From: a virus
Strand: one strand, 5' to 3'
Length of the DNA: 64,000 nt
Virus record (IMG/VR): IMGVR_UViG_3300024259_000016
Location: 1 to 64,000 of that record
In this document: in pieces, positions 54,382 to 64,000 of the stretch
Position numbering within the stretch: the stretch's first letter is position 1
Layout: each line of letters opens with the position of its first letter
Made by a program: the position numbers and the translations under genes
The notes under the pieces: generated by a model
The model's input: only the letters and a program-made list of their open reading frames with translations
Database searches by the model: none
What the model was told of the DNA's origin: nothing

Positions 54382-57300
54382 ATGAAATACAGCGACAAGA
54401 AGAACCGCAAGGCGGTTGGATCCTTCGATTGGCAAGCGCAGGGGCGGCCGGAAGTCAACCCGTTCTCGGCGGGTCAGGAAACCTTCAGCGCCGGCATATT
54501 CATGTGGAAGCTACGGCCCGCCAAGAAGGACGGCCAGCCGAGGTACAAGAAGGGTCCGATCGTCCTACGTGTGAAGGGCTACGCCGCGGACCCGAGCAAA
54601 GACCTGTTCGTCAGCTACACCGTCGGGAAGGTGCTTCGGGTAGACATGGAGAAAGGGGAGGTGGTCCTGCAAAAGATACTACGATGTGTTGTGGCGGATC
54701 GCCAAGGCCTACAAGACACCTGACCAGCTCCGTAAGGATCCGAACGTGGAGGTCCTGGGCCTCGAGGAAGTCATGGAGATGGCCTACCAGAACATCCAGA
54801 CCGAGGCCAAGAACGCTATCCGTCGACGGCGCCGGCCTGCAGAATAAGGGGAGAACCATGGACAAGTTCAGGAAAGGGGACCTGGCCCACTGCACCAGCG
54901 GGGACCCGACGATGAAGATGACACATACGATGTGTTCCCAGCTGGGGCAGTGGTGGGCCGAGATGGCCCCAAAAGAGCTGCCGGGTCTCCTGCATGTTAA
55001 TGGCCTCCGTACATGGATGGAAGTCAGGGGGACGGAGGCTGAATATGATATCCGCCCGCGCGCGCTAGAGTTTGCAGCCCGTCTCGTGGTGGACCCAGAC
55101 AAGGAGAGCCCCGACCTTCCTCCCTCTGTCCCGAAGGAGTTTAACGTATCCTTCCTCGTCCCGAAGATCCTCTTGGCCGGCAAGAGCCGTCAGGAGGCCG
55201 AGGGGGCCGCCCGCCATCATATCTGCATACTGATGCCGTTCAGGGTTCGTGAAGCCCATGAGCCGGGGTTGAAATGACCAGGTGGAGGGTGAAGAAGATC
55301 CCACCTAAAGGGGCCAGGACCTGGAGGTACACCTGCTCCAACGGAGAGCTGACCTGCGGGACAGAGCACAGGAACCCAGAGGCCGCCCGCCAGCACTGCA
55401 TCGCCTTAAATGAGCAGGCCGCGGAGGGGAGAAATGAAGGAGCACAAGGTGGTGATCACGGGGAAAGCGGAAGTCCGCTTCCGGAAGGTCGTGATGGTCC
55501 CTGAGGATGAGCTGGAGGAGTACTGCCAGCCGGAGGTCCTTGACATGCAAATCGATGATGAAGACCTGGAGGACCGGATAGACCAGATTGTCTCACTCGA
55601 GCACACGGTGGATGGGGGAAGCCCTGATGGCTGACAGGAGCATTGCTGAGATCGTGCTGGCTGTCCAGGAGCAGGAGGAAGTGTCTGATGAGGAGCTCCG
55701 GCTCTGCCTGCTCGCCCTGGACTACAAGGCCCAGCTCGCTCAACGTAGGATCGAGAGCGCATTAGAACACGGCTCCCTTTTCAGGCTGATGCACAGGACC
55801 AAGTTGCAAGCCTTCACGGACTGGCACACGTTCAACAATACAACACCGAAGAAGTACCTTGGCCCTCGGTATACCCCAGGGACTGAGGAGAACACCAAGG
55901 GCCGGCGGATGAGCAAGAGGATCATGGATGCAGCGATGAGCAAGAAGGGTGGGTGAGAGGACCGGGACGAGGCTGTCGGGTTCCAGTGAGATAGGACATC
56001 AGCTCCTGGGGCGGCACAACTGGGATCAGAATAGCAGCCTGAGGGGATGAGGGCAACCAAGGGTTGACAAAGGTGCCACGTGTGGCACACTCCTTCGCAT
56101 GGACGAACCTATCAGGTACAGAAGGCGGGGGATGAAGACCCGGACGGGCCTACGGGATACCCTTCTACGGTGCGCTGAGCTAGAGAGGCAAGTAGAGCTG
56201 AAGGCCGGCGCTCTCCATAGGGTTGCCAAAGAAGCCGAGGTCCCGCGGTTGCTCCAAGACCTGATGAGCTACTGCCACGAATTTGAGATCCGGGTGAAGG
56301 ACGATCTGCGGGAGACCCTCCCCTTTTGCCCAAGCCTCTTTCGGATTGCAGACAAGCATCGTCTCGAGCGAGTTATTGCAGTGGGAACGTGTGCTACGAG
56401 GTGCCCCAGCTTCACCTTCGTCGGAGCATCGGATACGACTGGCTACTTCTCGGGAACACGCCAGGGCTGACAAGATTCTAGGACAGCGTCTGCAGTGCCT
56501 GATGTTGATCCTGAATCATCGAAGAGTGGTTATTGTGTGCTCTGACGAAGAAGCGGCCAAACAAGAAGCCCAGGCGATCAAGGAGTTGGCTGCCCTACTC
56601 GGATTGGGGGAGCTGATCGAGGGAGAAGAAGAATGAGGCTGAAAGATTCACTTCGGGATGAGGGGGACTGGACTGCTCTTCTGGACTGGGTGGATGGGCG
56701 GTTAGGGACTACGCCGGATGAGCCTGCTCCTGCGGTTAACTTCCTGGAGCGTTTCGTTGCGGGGGAGATCTGGGTCAAGGCCGAGACGTGGGGCCAGCGT
56801 GCTCAGTTCTTCTCGGCACTATGTGCTGCGGAGCCTTTGTTACGGCAGACGGCCCCTTTACCAAATCCCTCGGATGCCCCCTACCTTCGTGCCCGCGAAT
56901 ACCTGGTCGCCCTACAAGCTCGCACCCCCTTCGAGGGGAATAGGTTGAGGGGGAGTATTGTGGTCTCGGTTAATACAGCCTCGGGGGTGGGCGTCACAAT
57001 TGCAAAGAGTGATGAAGCGGTAGAGATCCTTCAGAGGGAACAGAAGTTACAAATTGTCTACCATCCAAGTCCGGCTACTCCAAAGCGAGACTTCCGACCT
57101 GCCTGTGCCAACTGCAAGGATAAGAGGTTTGTGAAGTACGCCGGGGGGGATTGGTACCCGTGCGAGCCATCAGATCCAAATGAATGGACCAGGCCCTGCC
57201 CTGTCTGCACCAAGGAGTGAGAACATGCTGAGTGATTTCCCCCTAACGAGGGTTTGGGTGCACAAGCTGGCCAGGTACGATGGGGAGCGGACCAGGATAA

Positions 57301-57764
57301 ACGAGAAGGTCGCAGCCTCCATGATGGGAATGGCGATCGTCCCGACGGCGAAGATGCGTCGGTCGGTGAGTGGGGGCCGTCGGTCTTGGCTCCCGATGCC
57401 GTTGAACTTGGAGATGCCTCGTGCCGCTTACGTGGTGGGAGTGAAGTACCTCCAGACAGGTTCTCCTACTTATGGCCACAATGATGCAGGTCCCCTTCTA
57501 TTCGATGAGGCCGAAGCGCGAGTGCCGGTGCTTGAGTGCCGGTTCTGGCCGAGCGGGAAGTCCTTCTTCGTTCCCTTGGGAGGTTGGGTCTTATGCGAGG
57601 GGAAGTACGCTGGCCTTCGCCCGGTCTCTCCCCAGCAGCGATCCTGGGATGAGACTCCCAAGAAGACGGGTGACGATGCCCGGAAGGTGCTGCGGGAGGA
57701 TGCATCCAAGCAGAAGCGGGGGCCCAACGGGGGATTCATCAAGGGGGGGAAAACTGATGGGTAG
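54382..57764 (+). CDS. Rightward cluster of small hypothetical genes (including 54858-55277, 55434-55634, 55627-55956, 56099-56470, 56633-57220, 57225-57764)
   Basis: Coupled plus-strand ORFs with SD sites. Confidence 0.55.
56064..56092 (+). promoter_or_regulatory. Promoter with operator between -35 and -10
   Basis: TTGACA-AAG-GTGCCACGTGTGGCAC; ATG at 56099. Confidence 0.75.
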
Positions 57765-58515
57765 ATTTGTCCTCTGGTGCGATGTTGACGGTGTGGTTTC
57801 TAACACTGTGGCGGGGATACAGATCGAGGTGGCTCGGAATACCGGTGTAGTCTTTCGTCCTCAGGATGTAGGCCAGCAGGCTGTCACCCAGGCCCTCGCC
57901 GACTCTGGCCTCTTTGAGAGTGGTTCGGACATGGAGGTATATGTCAAAGAGGCTATCTATAAGGCCTTTGCCAGCCCTTTGTTCTACTCAGCGTTGGGGC
58001 ACTATCCTGAGGCCTGGGCCGCGGTGGTATCCCTGTTGATGGCTAAGTCTCAGAAGGAGCTCTGGGCAGATCTGGTTGACGTCAGGTTCCTGACAGCCCG
58101 CCCCTTTGAGACGACCCGTATGCGGGTAGCTTCCCAGAAGTGGATCTCGGACAGGTTCGGCTGGGATGCCCTACTCTACTTTGAGCGTGCCCACGGTGCC
58201 AAGGACAAGGGAGAATTCCTGAGTCAGTGGGGTAGGGAGGCTGCAGAGTCTGAGACTTGGCTCATCCTCGAGGACAGCCTCGAGCAGGTCTACGGAATTC
58301 AACGAGAGATCATGGCAGGCTGCTTGCCATGCAAAAACATCTTTGTCTTCTTGGTTGATCGGCCTTGGAACCAGATGGGTTGTAAGGGGAACGATGAGAT
58401 TCTTCACAGTCTGGCTAATGGGCAATGGATAAGGATTTCAGAATCGGGGTTGGAGATGGCCCTCAGCAAGCAGGTTCTGCAACACGCGCAGGATAACACT
58501 GAGGAAGAGGGCTGA
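57757..58515 (+). CDS. HAD-superfamily 5'(3')-deoxyribonucleotidase-like protein
   Basis: CDVDGVV, LTAR, ILEDS, DRPWN. Confidence 0.8.
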   Translation: MGRFVLWCDVDGVVSNTVAGIQIEVARNTGVVFRPQDVGQQAVTQALADSGLFESGSDMEVYVKEAIYKAFASPLFYSALGHYPEAWAAVVSLLMAKSQKELWADLVDVRFLTARPFETTRMRVASQKWISDRFGWDALLYFERAHGAKDKGEFLSQWGREAAESETWLILEDSLEQVYGIQREIMAGCLPCKNIFVFLVDRPWNQMGCKGNDEILHSLANGQWIRISESGLEMALSKQVLQHAQDNTEEEG

Positions 58516-61500
58516 TGGGTAAGTATTGGGATCTGACTCTTCCCCAGAAGAGGGCTTTGGTTGTACTGGGGCACTATCTACTGAAAGTCCATGCAGGCCC
58601 CAATCCCGAGGATGCGGCAGATGGGATCCCTGCCAGGGACCTACTACCTGAAGAACCATCAAGGTCCCGAGTGACCCAACAGGTTGCCCTAGTCCTTTCC
58701 CGACTGTCTCGACGTCGCCCCCCTCTGATCCGAATGACGATGGCTAGTAAGGGCCATAGCTCTCCGACAACTTACAATCTCACTTCGACTGGATGGGACT
58801 TCTATAATAGATTCTGCGGGGAGCTGCACCTGGACCAGGCCGCCGAGCGGATGTCGTGCGGGGCCTGCGTCCATCGCTGCTCCACGTGCGGGCTGCCTCA
58901 CGATGGAGACCCGAACCACTGGCGCGGCGACCGGCACATGGTGGCGGATCCAGGTGCGGGGTTTGCCGGGTGCGCGGTGGCGGATTTGGTTGAGTGTGGG
59001 GCGGTGGGGGCGGGTGCGAAAATGACCGCTTGCAACAAGGGAGGGACGAGAAATGAATCCAAAACCTAACAGCCGAGATCAGATCCTGGCATTCGTCGGG
59101 GATATGAAAAAGAGGGCGCGCGCAACAGGTTCTGGCGGTGAGGAATATGCATACGACGTGGTTGAGGGATTCATTCAGTGGATGACACCTGATCCCGACG
59201 CGGCCCCGGCGAAGAGTGCGGGGGAGCGGGTGCTGGCGCTGGACTGCGACATCTTGCACTTGAGGCACCCCGGCGAGTGGTGCGTCGTCAACGGTCACAT
59301 GCGCGGCACAGGCCCGGACCCCCGAGTCGGCAGCGGCTGCGGTGCTCCGGGGCTTGAAGGAGTGTGAGTGATGGGACACATGAGACACCATTCAATAATC
59401 GTGACCGGGTGCATGGACGGCGCACTGGACAAGGCCCACGACGAGGCGGTTCGTCTGTTCGCATGGGTAAGCCCAAGATGCCCAGACCAGACCAACGGCT
59501 ACCGCTCCTTCTTCATCCCGCCCGATGGAAGCAAGGAGGGTTGGGATGAATCTGAAAGCGGAGACAGTCACAGGAACGCGTTCGTGGCCTTCCTCCAGTC
59601 ACTCCGGTATGAGGACGGCTCATCTCCCGTTGACTGGGTCGAGGTGGTTTTCGGTGACGATGGCGACTGGACCGAAGTTACGCGGGAGGTCAATAAGGAC
59701 ACCACCAAGGAGCCAGAAACCGATGCATAACCAGGACCAGGAACGCGAGGGGCTGCGGGCGCTGGACACCGTGCGGCACTATATCAACGCGACAGGCCGA
59801 CTCGGCATACACCCCAAGGCAGAAACCCTGGAAGCCCTCGCGACCCTGACCCGGCTCGTGTCCGGGCGTCAAGATGTGGCGGACGGCGATGCACCGCTGG
59901 CACTACAGCGCCTGGAGCGCAACCATATTCGCAACTGCAACGGGTGGGCGCCAGATCAGGCCGTAGCTGACCTTGCTACCGTGTGGCGGATTGTTTCGGG
60001 GAGTCGAGTTTAGGTGGGGGTTGATGCGATTGAGGCGCTGGAGCGGGAACGTGACGCGCTCCGATCCGAGGTTAAGGGTGTGCGCACATGGGCCGGCATA
60101 GAGGCTGATAACGTGGATGCGCTGAACGTGGAGCTGGCCCGTGTTCGGAAGCGTGTAGCCGCCATGACCGTTAGGATAACTATCCAGGCCAACCGTGTTC
60201 GGAAGCAGATATCCGCCATGACCGCCGCCCGCGCACTGTTGACCAGGTGCATACCACTAGCCAAGAGCCACGACGAGACCCTGTATCAGGACATCGTGCG
60301 GGCGCTCAAGGATGGGGAGAAAAATGGATAGTCAACAAAAAATGCAGCGTGAGATTGCCGCACTTAAGGACAGGATTGTCGCCGTGGCAGAGGAGAAGGA
60401 CGCCGAGATTGAGCGGCTGAGGCGGGAGCGAGACGAAGCCCGCGCCGGCGTCACCAGGCTACAAGGTGTGGTCGAGATGCTCAAGTCGGGCGGGGCGGGG
60501 TGATGAGCACATGCAACTGCGGGCCGCGCGGACATGGCCCAGAATGTACAGCGCAGGCAGGGGAGATATCCCGGCTCAGCGAACAGGTCCGGGAACTGAA
60601 AAACGGGGTGGGAGCCACGACCGAGCGGTGGGAGATGGGGAAGTACGCGCAGATGGTCTATGAGCGCCACGACTACAAACAGGGATACTGGGAGCAAAAA
60701 TTCGGATTCCGGGTTGGCGACCGGATCTGGTGGGTGGGCGTGGAAGGGTACGGCCACGACGAAGAACAGAGCAAGAAGGACAAAGGGACTTGCCGCGAGA
60801 TAGTGCGGCGCTTGAATGCCGACCCCGAGCCCGGCGAGTAACCGGCAGGGGGCGGGGGGTTGACTTCTGTGGCGCACGTGGCACACTCTGCTGGACTATC
60901 TAATCTGTGATGAAATACTGAGGAGGAAGAGATGCCGAAACAGCCCAAGACCATTAAGTACTCACCGGCGGATGAGCGCCTGCTGCTGGAGTACTGGAAC
61001 AACCACCACAGGGCCTGGCAGTATCCGTCGGCTTCTGACCTGACCCTGTGCCGGAAGATCGTTGCGGCGCCACAGAAGTATGGAGACATGATGGAGATGT
61101 CGGTGTGCCCTCACGGGGACCTGCAGGGACGCGAGAGGTTCCGCCTGACCCCGGTGGGCCGTGCCCGGGTTGGTAAGGACCTGTAGGTGGGGCGGCCAGA
61201 TCCCATACTGGAGATGATGAAGCCTCTCGATGGGGCTGACCGGATCTTGGCTGTGCAAACCTACCTCCGGCAGATGCTGACACTGTCATGCTCCAAGGCC
61301 GGTGTGACCGTTGAGGCGTATCGTAAACTCGAGCCGGCCTGGTGCAAATTCATCGATAAGTTCCCCGATGTGGGGGTAGCAGGTCTGCAACACCTGGAGC
61401 CAGCTTGGCAGCAGATGGCCAGTCAGGCATTTGTGTGGGCGGACCTGCCGGAGCCAGGGGAGACGACTGAAGGAAAACCCCTGAAGGTGCTGGAGGTGAA

Positions 61501-61896
61501 GATATGAGCCGCGAAGGTCTGACGTCCCATCCGATCGTTAACAAGATGGCGTCCCTGCTGCTTGATGAGGTCCAGGAACATGGCCTGGAGGCATTGGTCC
61601 TCCCTACCGGAGGCGGCCTGGACCTGTCATTGTGTGTCCAGAGAAAGAACTCTGTGCGCAGTCTCCTGCGAATCGAGGTAGTCTTCGGCAGGGAAGAGAG
61701 CGGTTCCGACTTGCTCCTGGTGGTCATGGACTGCGACTGTATCGCTGAGACCCACAAGGCGATCATGACCAATAAGGGGAGAGGAGGTCCTGACTCTACC
61801 TTGGTGTTCAATACAGGGGACCTGGAGACCGATCCGAAGTTGCCCGATGCTGTAGAGCAGGTCAAGGCGTTGGTCAAAGCCTGCGCCGGACTGTAG
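58515..61896 (+). CDS. Cluster of small hypothetical genes (first has a winged-helix-like N-terminus)
   Basis: Coupled ORFs 58515-59069, 59053-59367, 59371-59730, 60014-60331, 60503-60841, 60932-61186, 61187-61507, 61504-61896. Confidence 0.55.
60860..60888 (+). promoter_or_regulatory. Promoter with degenerate operator
   Basis: TTGACT-TCT-GTGGCGCACGTGGCAC; intergenic, upstream of GAGGAGG SD. Confidence 0.7.
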
Positions 61897-61933
61897 AATA
61901 AGTTCTTCTGAAGACCGGGGAAAGTGAAAGTAC

Positions 61934-62182
61934 GTGGCCGCAAAGAAGAGACAGAAAAAAGTCGTAAAGGTCCGACATCGTCCCCCCCTCCATACCACCA
62001 TCTCGAAGTACGCCCGGGGATTGCTTGACGGCCTGATTGCTGATGTCAAGACCGCGGGGAAACCCGAACTCAAGCAGTCAGCCATCCTTGATCGCTGCAT
62101 CATCGCTCAGGTACCGAAGCTTCGGGAACAGAATGGTCTCCCCCCGGATCCCGAGCAGGTCGCCAGAGAGGGGGGCAAGTAA
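61934..62182 (+). CDS. Small basic ribbon-helix-helix-like protein
   Basis: LHTTISKYARGLLD...KQSAILDRCI strand-helix-helix pattern. Confidence 0.45.
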   Translation: MAAKKRQKKVVKVRHRPPLHTTISKYARGLLDGLIADVKTAGKPELKQSAILDRCIIAQVPKLREQNGLPPDPEQVAREGGK

Positions 62183-62204
62183 CCCCTTCCCCCCCTCCCC
62201 CCTT

Positions 62205-62939
62205 ATGCCCCGACAACCGGCCTCGATTTATCTATACCAAGGGGACATGTTTGATGTCCTTCCTTACCTGGTGCGTGCCGGGTTGGACCTGCAGTCCATC
62301 TTCACTGATCCCCCCTATTCCGATGTAACCTGTGATGGCCACAACAAAGGAGCCTCTGGCGTAGAGGGGCGGGGAGTTATTGAGTACTCGAGCTGGGGGG
62401 CGGAGGAGGCCCGTCGGTTCTGTCGAGAGATTGCTGTATTGGCACATGGATGGGTTGGGGTGCTGACTGACGACATTCTGGCTGCTGTGTTCCGTGAGTA
62501 TCTGAAGAAGCCTGTTGCAGACGGGGGGGCTGGTCGGTACAGCTTCGCACCGGTACCCTGTGTTGTCCCTGCCAGCCGGGTCCGGTTCCAAGGAGATGGG
62601 CCCCCTTGTGAATCCCACTACCTGGTGGTGGGCCGCCCGAAGCAGGACAGGTTCGTCGGAGGCTGGTCCCCGCGGGGATACTATATCGGGCATCGGGAGG
62701 AACCCTTGAAAGTCCTGGGGGGCAAACCCTTGTCCTTGATGGTCCCGATCGTGAGGGACTACTACTCCAGGGGGGCTGGTGGGTTCGTTTGTGATCCGTG
62801 CCTCGGTAACGGCCAGACCTGCATTGCTTGCTCAATATCGGGAATCCCGTCAGTGGGGATCGAGATGAGTGAGGAGAACCTGGACCTGGCGTATCGCCGA
62901 TGTTTGGAACATGGTCTCCCTGTTACACTGGTCACCTAA
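62205..62939 (+). CDS. N6/N4 DNA methyltransferase (beta-class motif order)
   Basis: LYQGD, IFTDPPYS, KPLSLM, DPCLGNGQT...GIE. Confidence 0.85.
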   Translation: MPRQPASIYLYQGDMFDVLPYLVRAGLDLQSIFTDPPYSDVTCDGHNKGASGVEGRGVIEYSSWGAEEARRFCREIAVLAHGWVGVLTDDILAAVFREYLKKPVADGGAGRYSFAPVPCVVPASRVRFQGDGPPCESHYLVVGRPKQDRFVGGWSPRGYYIGHREEPLKVLGGKPLSLMVPIVRDYYSRGAGGFVCDPCLGNGQTCIACSISGIPSVGIEMSEENLDLAYRRCLEHGLPVTLVT

Positions 62940-62950
62940 CGGAGGACTTG

Positions 62951-63808
62951 ATGTCTGATTACCCTACTCTGAGACTTACCAAGCCGGCGACCCACAGCCC
63001 TGCTGTTACCCGTCTGCAGGAGCTCCTGGACCTTGCCGGGTTTGCTCTCCAATGCGATGGATGGTTTGGACGGGAAACCCATAAAGCGGTTGTTGCCTTT
63101 CAGAAGCTCACTTCTATCGAACCTGACGGGGTGGCCGGTCTGCGGACCTGGGCTGCCCTCGAGCCCCCGACGAATGCGGCCCCTCGTCCGGAAGATTCGG
63201 ATCCGATCGTCAGCCGCATTGGCTACCATCCCAAGCCGCGGCTGTTCCAGCGGGTCAGGGAATGGGCCGATATCTGCGGCGTGACCCTGCATCAGATGGG
63301 GATCCTCGTTTCCGACACACCGCAACGTCAGGATACTCTCGGGGCACATATTTCTATCCTCCGCTCGGGTGCCATCGTCCGGGTGAACCCGATGACAGAC
63401 ATGATTTGGCATGCCCAGAAGCTGAGCCACAAGACCGTTGGGATTGAGTTCAATGGGAATATGGAGGGTATCGAGGGGGACCGTTCTACTCTTTGGGGAG
63501 ATGCCGGCCCTCATCCTGTAACTGATGCACAAGTGGATGCGGCCAACGACGTCCTGTTCCCTTGGTTGGTTCGATGTTTTGAGGCCAATGGGGTGCACTT
63601 CAGCAACGTCCATGCACATCGCCAATCCAGTGGTACCCGACGGGCCGACCCGGGGTCAGAGATCTGGCAGCGGGTAGGGATTCCGTGGATCGAGAGGCTG
63701 AAGGCACTAGGGATGGGCAAGCGGGGGGACGGTGGAGCAGGGTTCTCGGTGGGGGACGGTCGGTCAATTCCGAAGGAGTGGAACCCGGAGTACCCTGGGA
63801 AGTACTGA
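62951..63808 (+). CDS. Endolysin: peptidoglycan-binding domain + N-acetylmuramoyl-L-alanine amidase
   Basis: LQELL...DGWFG..T..AV.AFQ....DGVAG..TW; TLHQ, AH, WHA, VGIE, HAHRQ, DPG; GGAGG SD. Confidence 0.88.
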   Translation: MSDYPTLRLTKPATHSPAVTRLQELLDLAGFALQCDGWFGRETHKAVVAFQKLTSIEPDGVAGLRTWAALEPPTNAAPRPEDSDPIVSRIGYHPKPRLFQRVREWADICGVTLHQMGILVSDTPQRQDTLGAHISILRSGAIVRVNPMTDMIWHAQKLSHKTVGIEFNGNMEGIEGDRSTLWGDAGPHPVTDAQVDAANDVLFPWLVRCFEANGVHFSNVHAHRQSSGTRRADPGSEIWQRVGIPWIERLKALGMGKRGDGGAGFSVGDGRSIPKEWNPEYPGKY

Positions 63809-64000
63809 CCGGCGAGGCCCTGAGATGCTCTGTGCCGGGCCGAACCCACAATCCGGTACACCTGCATTGCCGGGTCCGGGCTCTGTCGGGGGCGTGTGCG
63901 GTGCGAATTGTGGCGGGGGTGTGCGGGTGGGGGTGTCTACGGGACGGAGGCGGGAGTCGCGGCGCTCTCTGCCGGCGCTGGGTCGGGTGTTGGGCACACC

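Noticed and set aside
1-64000. tRNA/rRNA genes, integrase, structural genes
   Set aside because: None recognised by eye; tRNAscan/Infernal and HMM searches would be needed to exclude them

Overview
The window is part of a large, GC-rich tailed dsDNA phage (or prophage) genome. It has no capsid, tail or portal genes, no integrase and no RNA genes that I can recognise. Left part (1-18 kb, mostly minus strand): a replication/recombination block with an SSB-like protein, Sak4-like AAA ATPase, SNF2-like helicase, RepA/AAA_25 helicase, UvrD helicase with two inteins, nucleotidyltransferase, Cas4/AddB-like nuclease and a DEAD/DEAH-type helicase split into two genes. An isolated plus-strand pair of a putative terminase small subunit and a terminase large subunit follows (19.8-23.2 kb). 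A long leftward array (23-53 kb) holds a PAPS-reductase-like gene, two paralogous HNH genes flanking a gp88-like gene, a frameshifted B12-dependent radical SAM gene and dozens of small hypothetical genes. A repeat-rich, largely non-coding divergence zone lies at about 51-54.3 kb. A rightward arm ends in a HAD nucleotidase, a DNA methyltransferase and an amidase endolysin. The most striking feature is the intein in the split helicase (15994-17127). It has no in-frame endonuclease, but a complete Zn-finger + DUF559/Vsr-like endonuclease gene is nested inside it in the +1 frame with its own start and SD-like site, so the same DNA is dual-coding. Other notable signals: a perfect 35-bp inverted repeat with DnaA-box-like motifs about 9 kb apart, a recurring GTGCCAC-N2-GTGGCAC promoter operator, an 8-copy GTGAAC-N4-GTTCAC array and a 60-bp-phased repeat. 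All family calls come from motif recognition by eye, not database searches.
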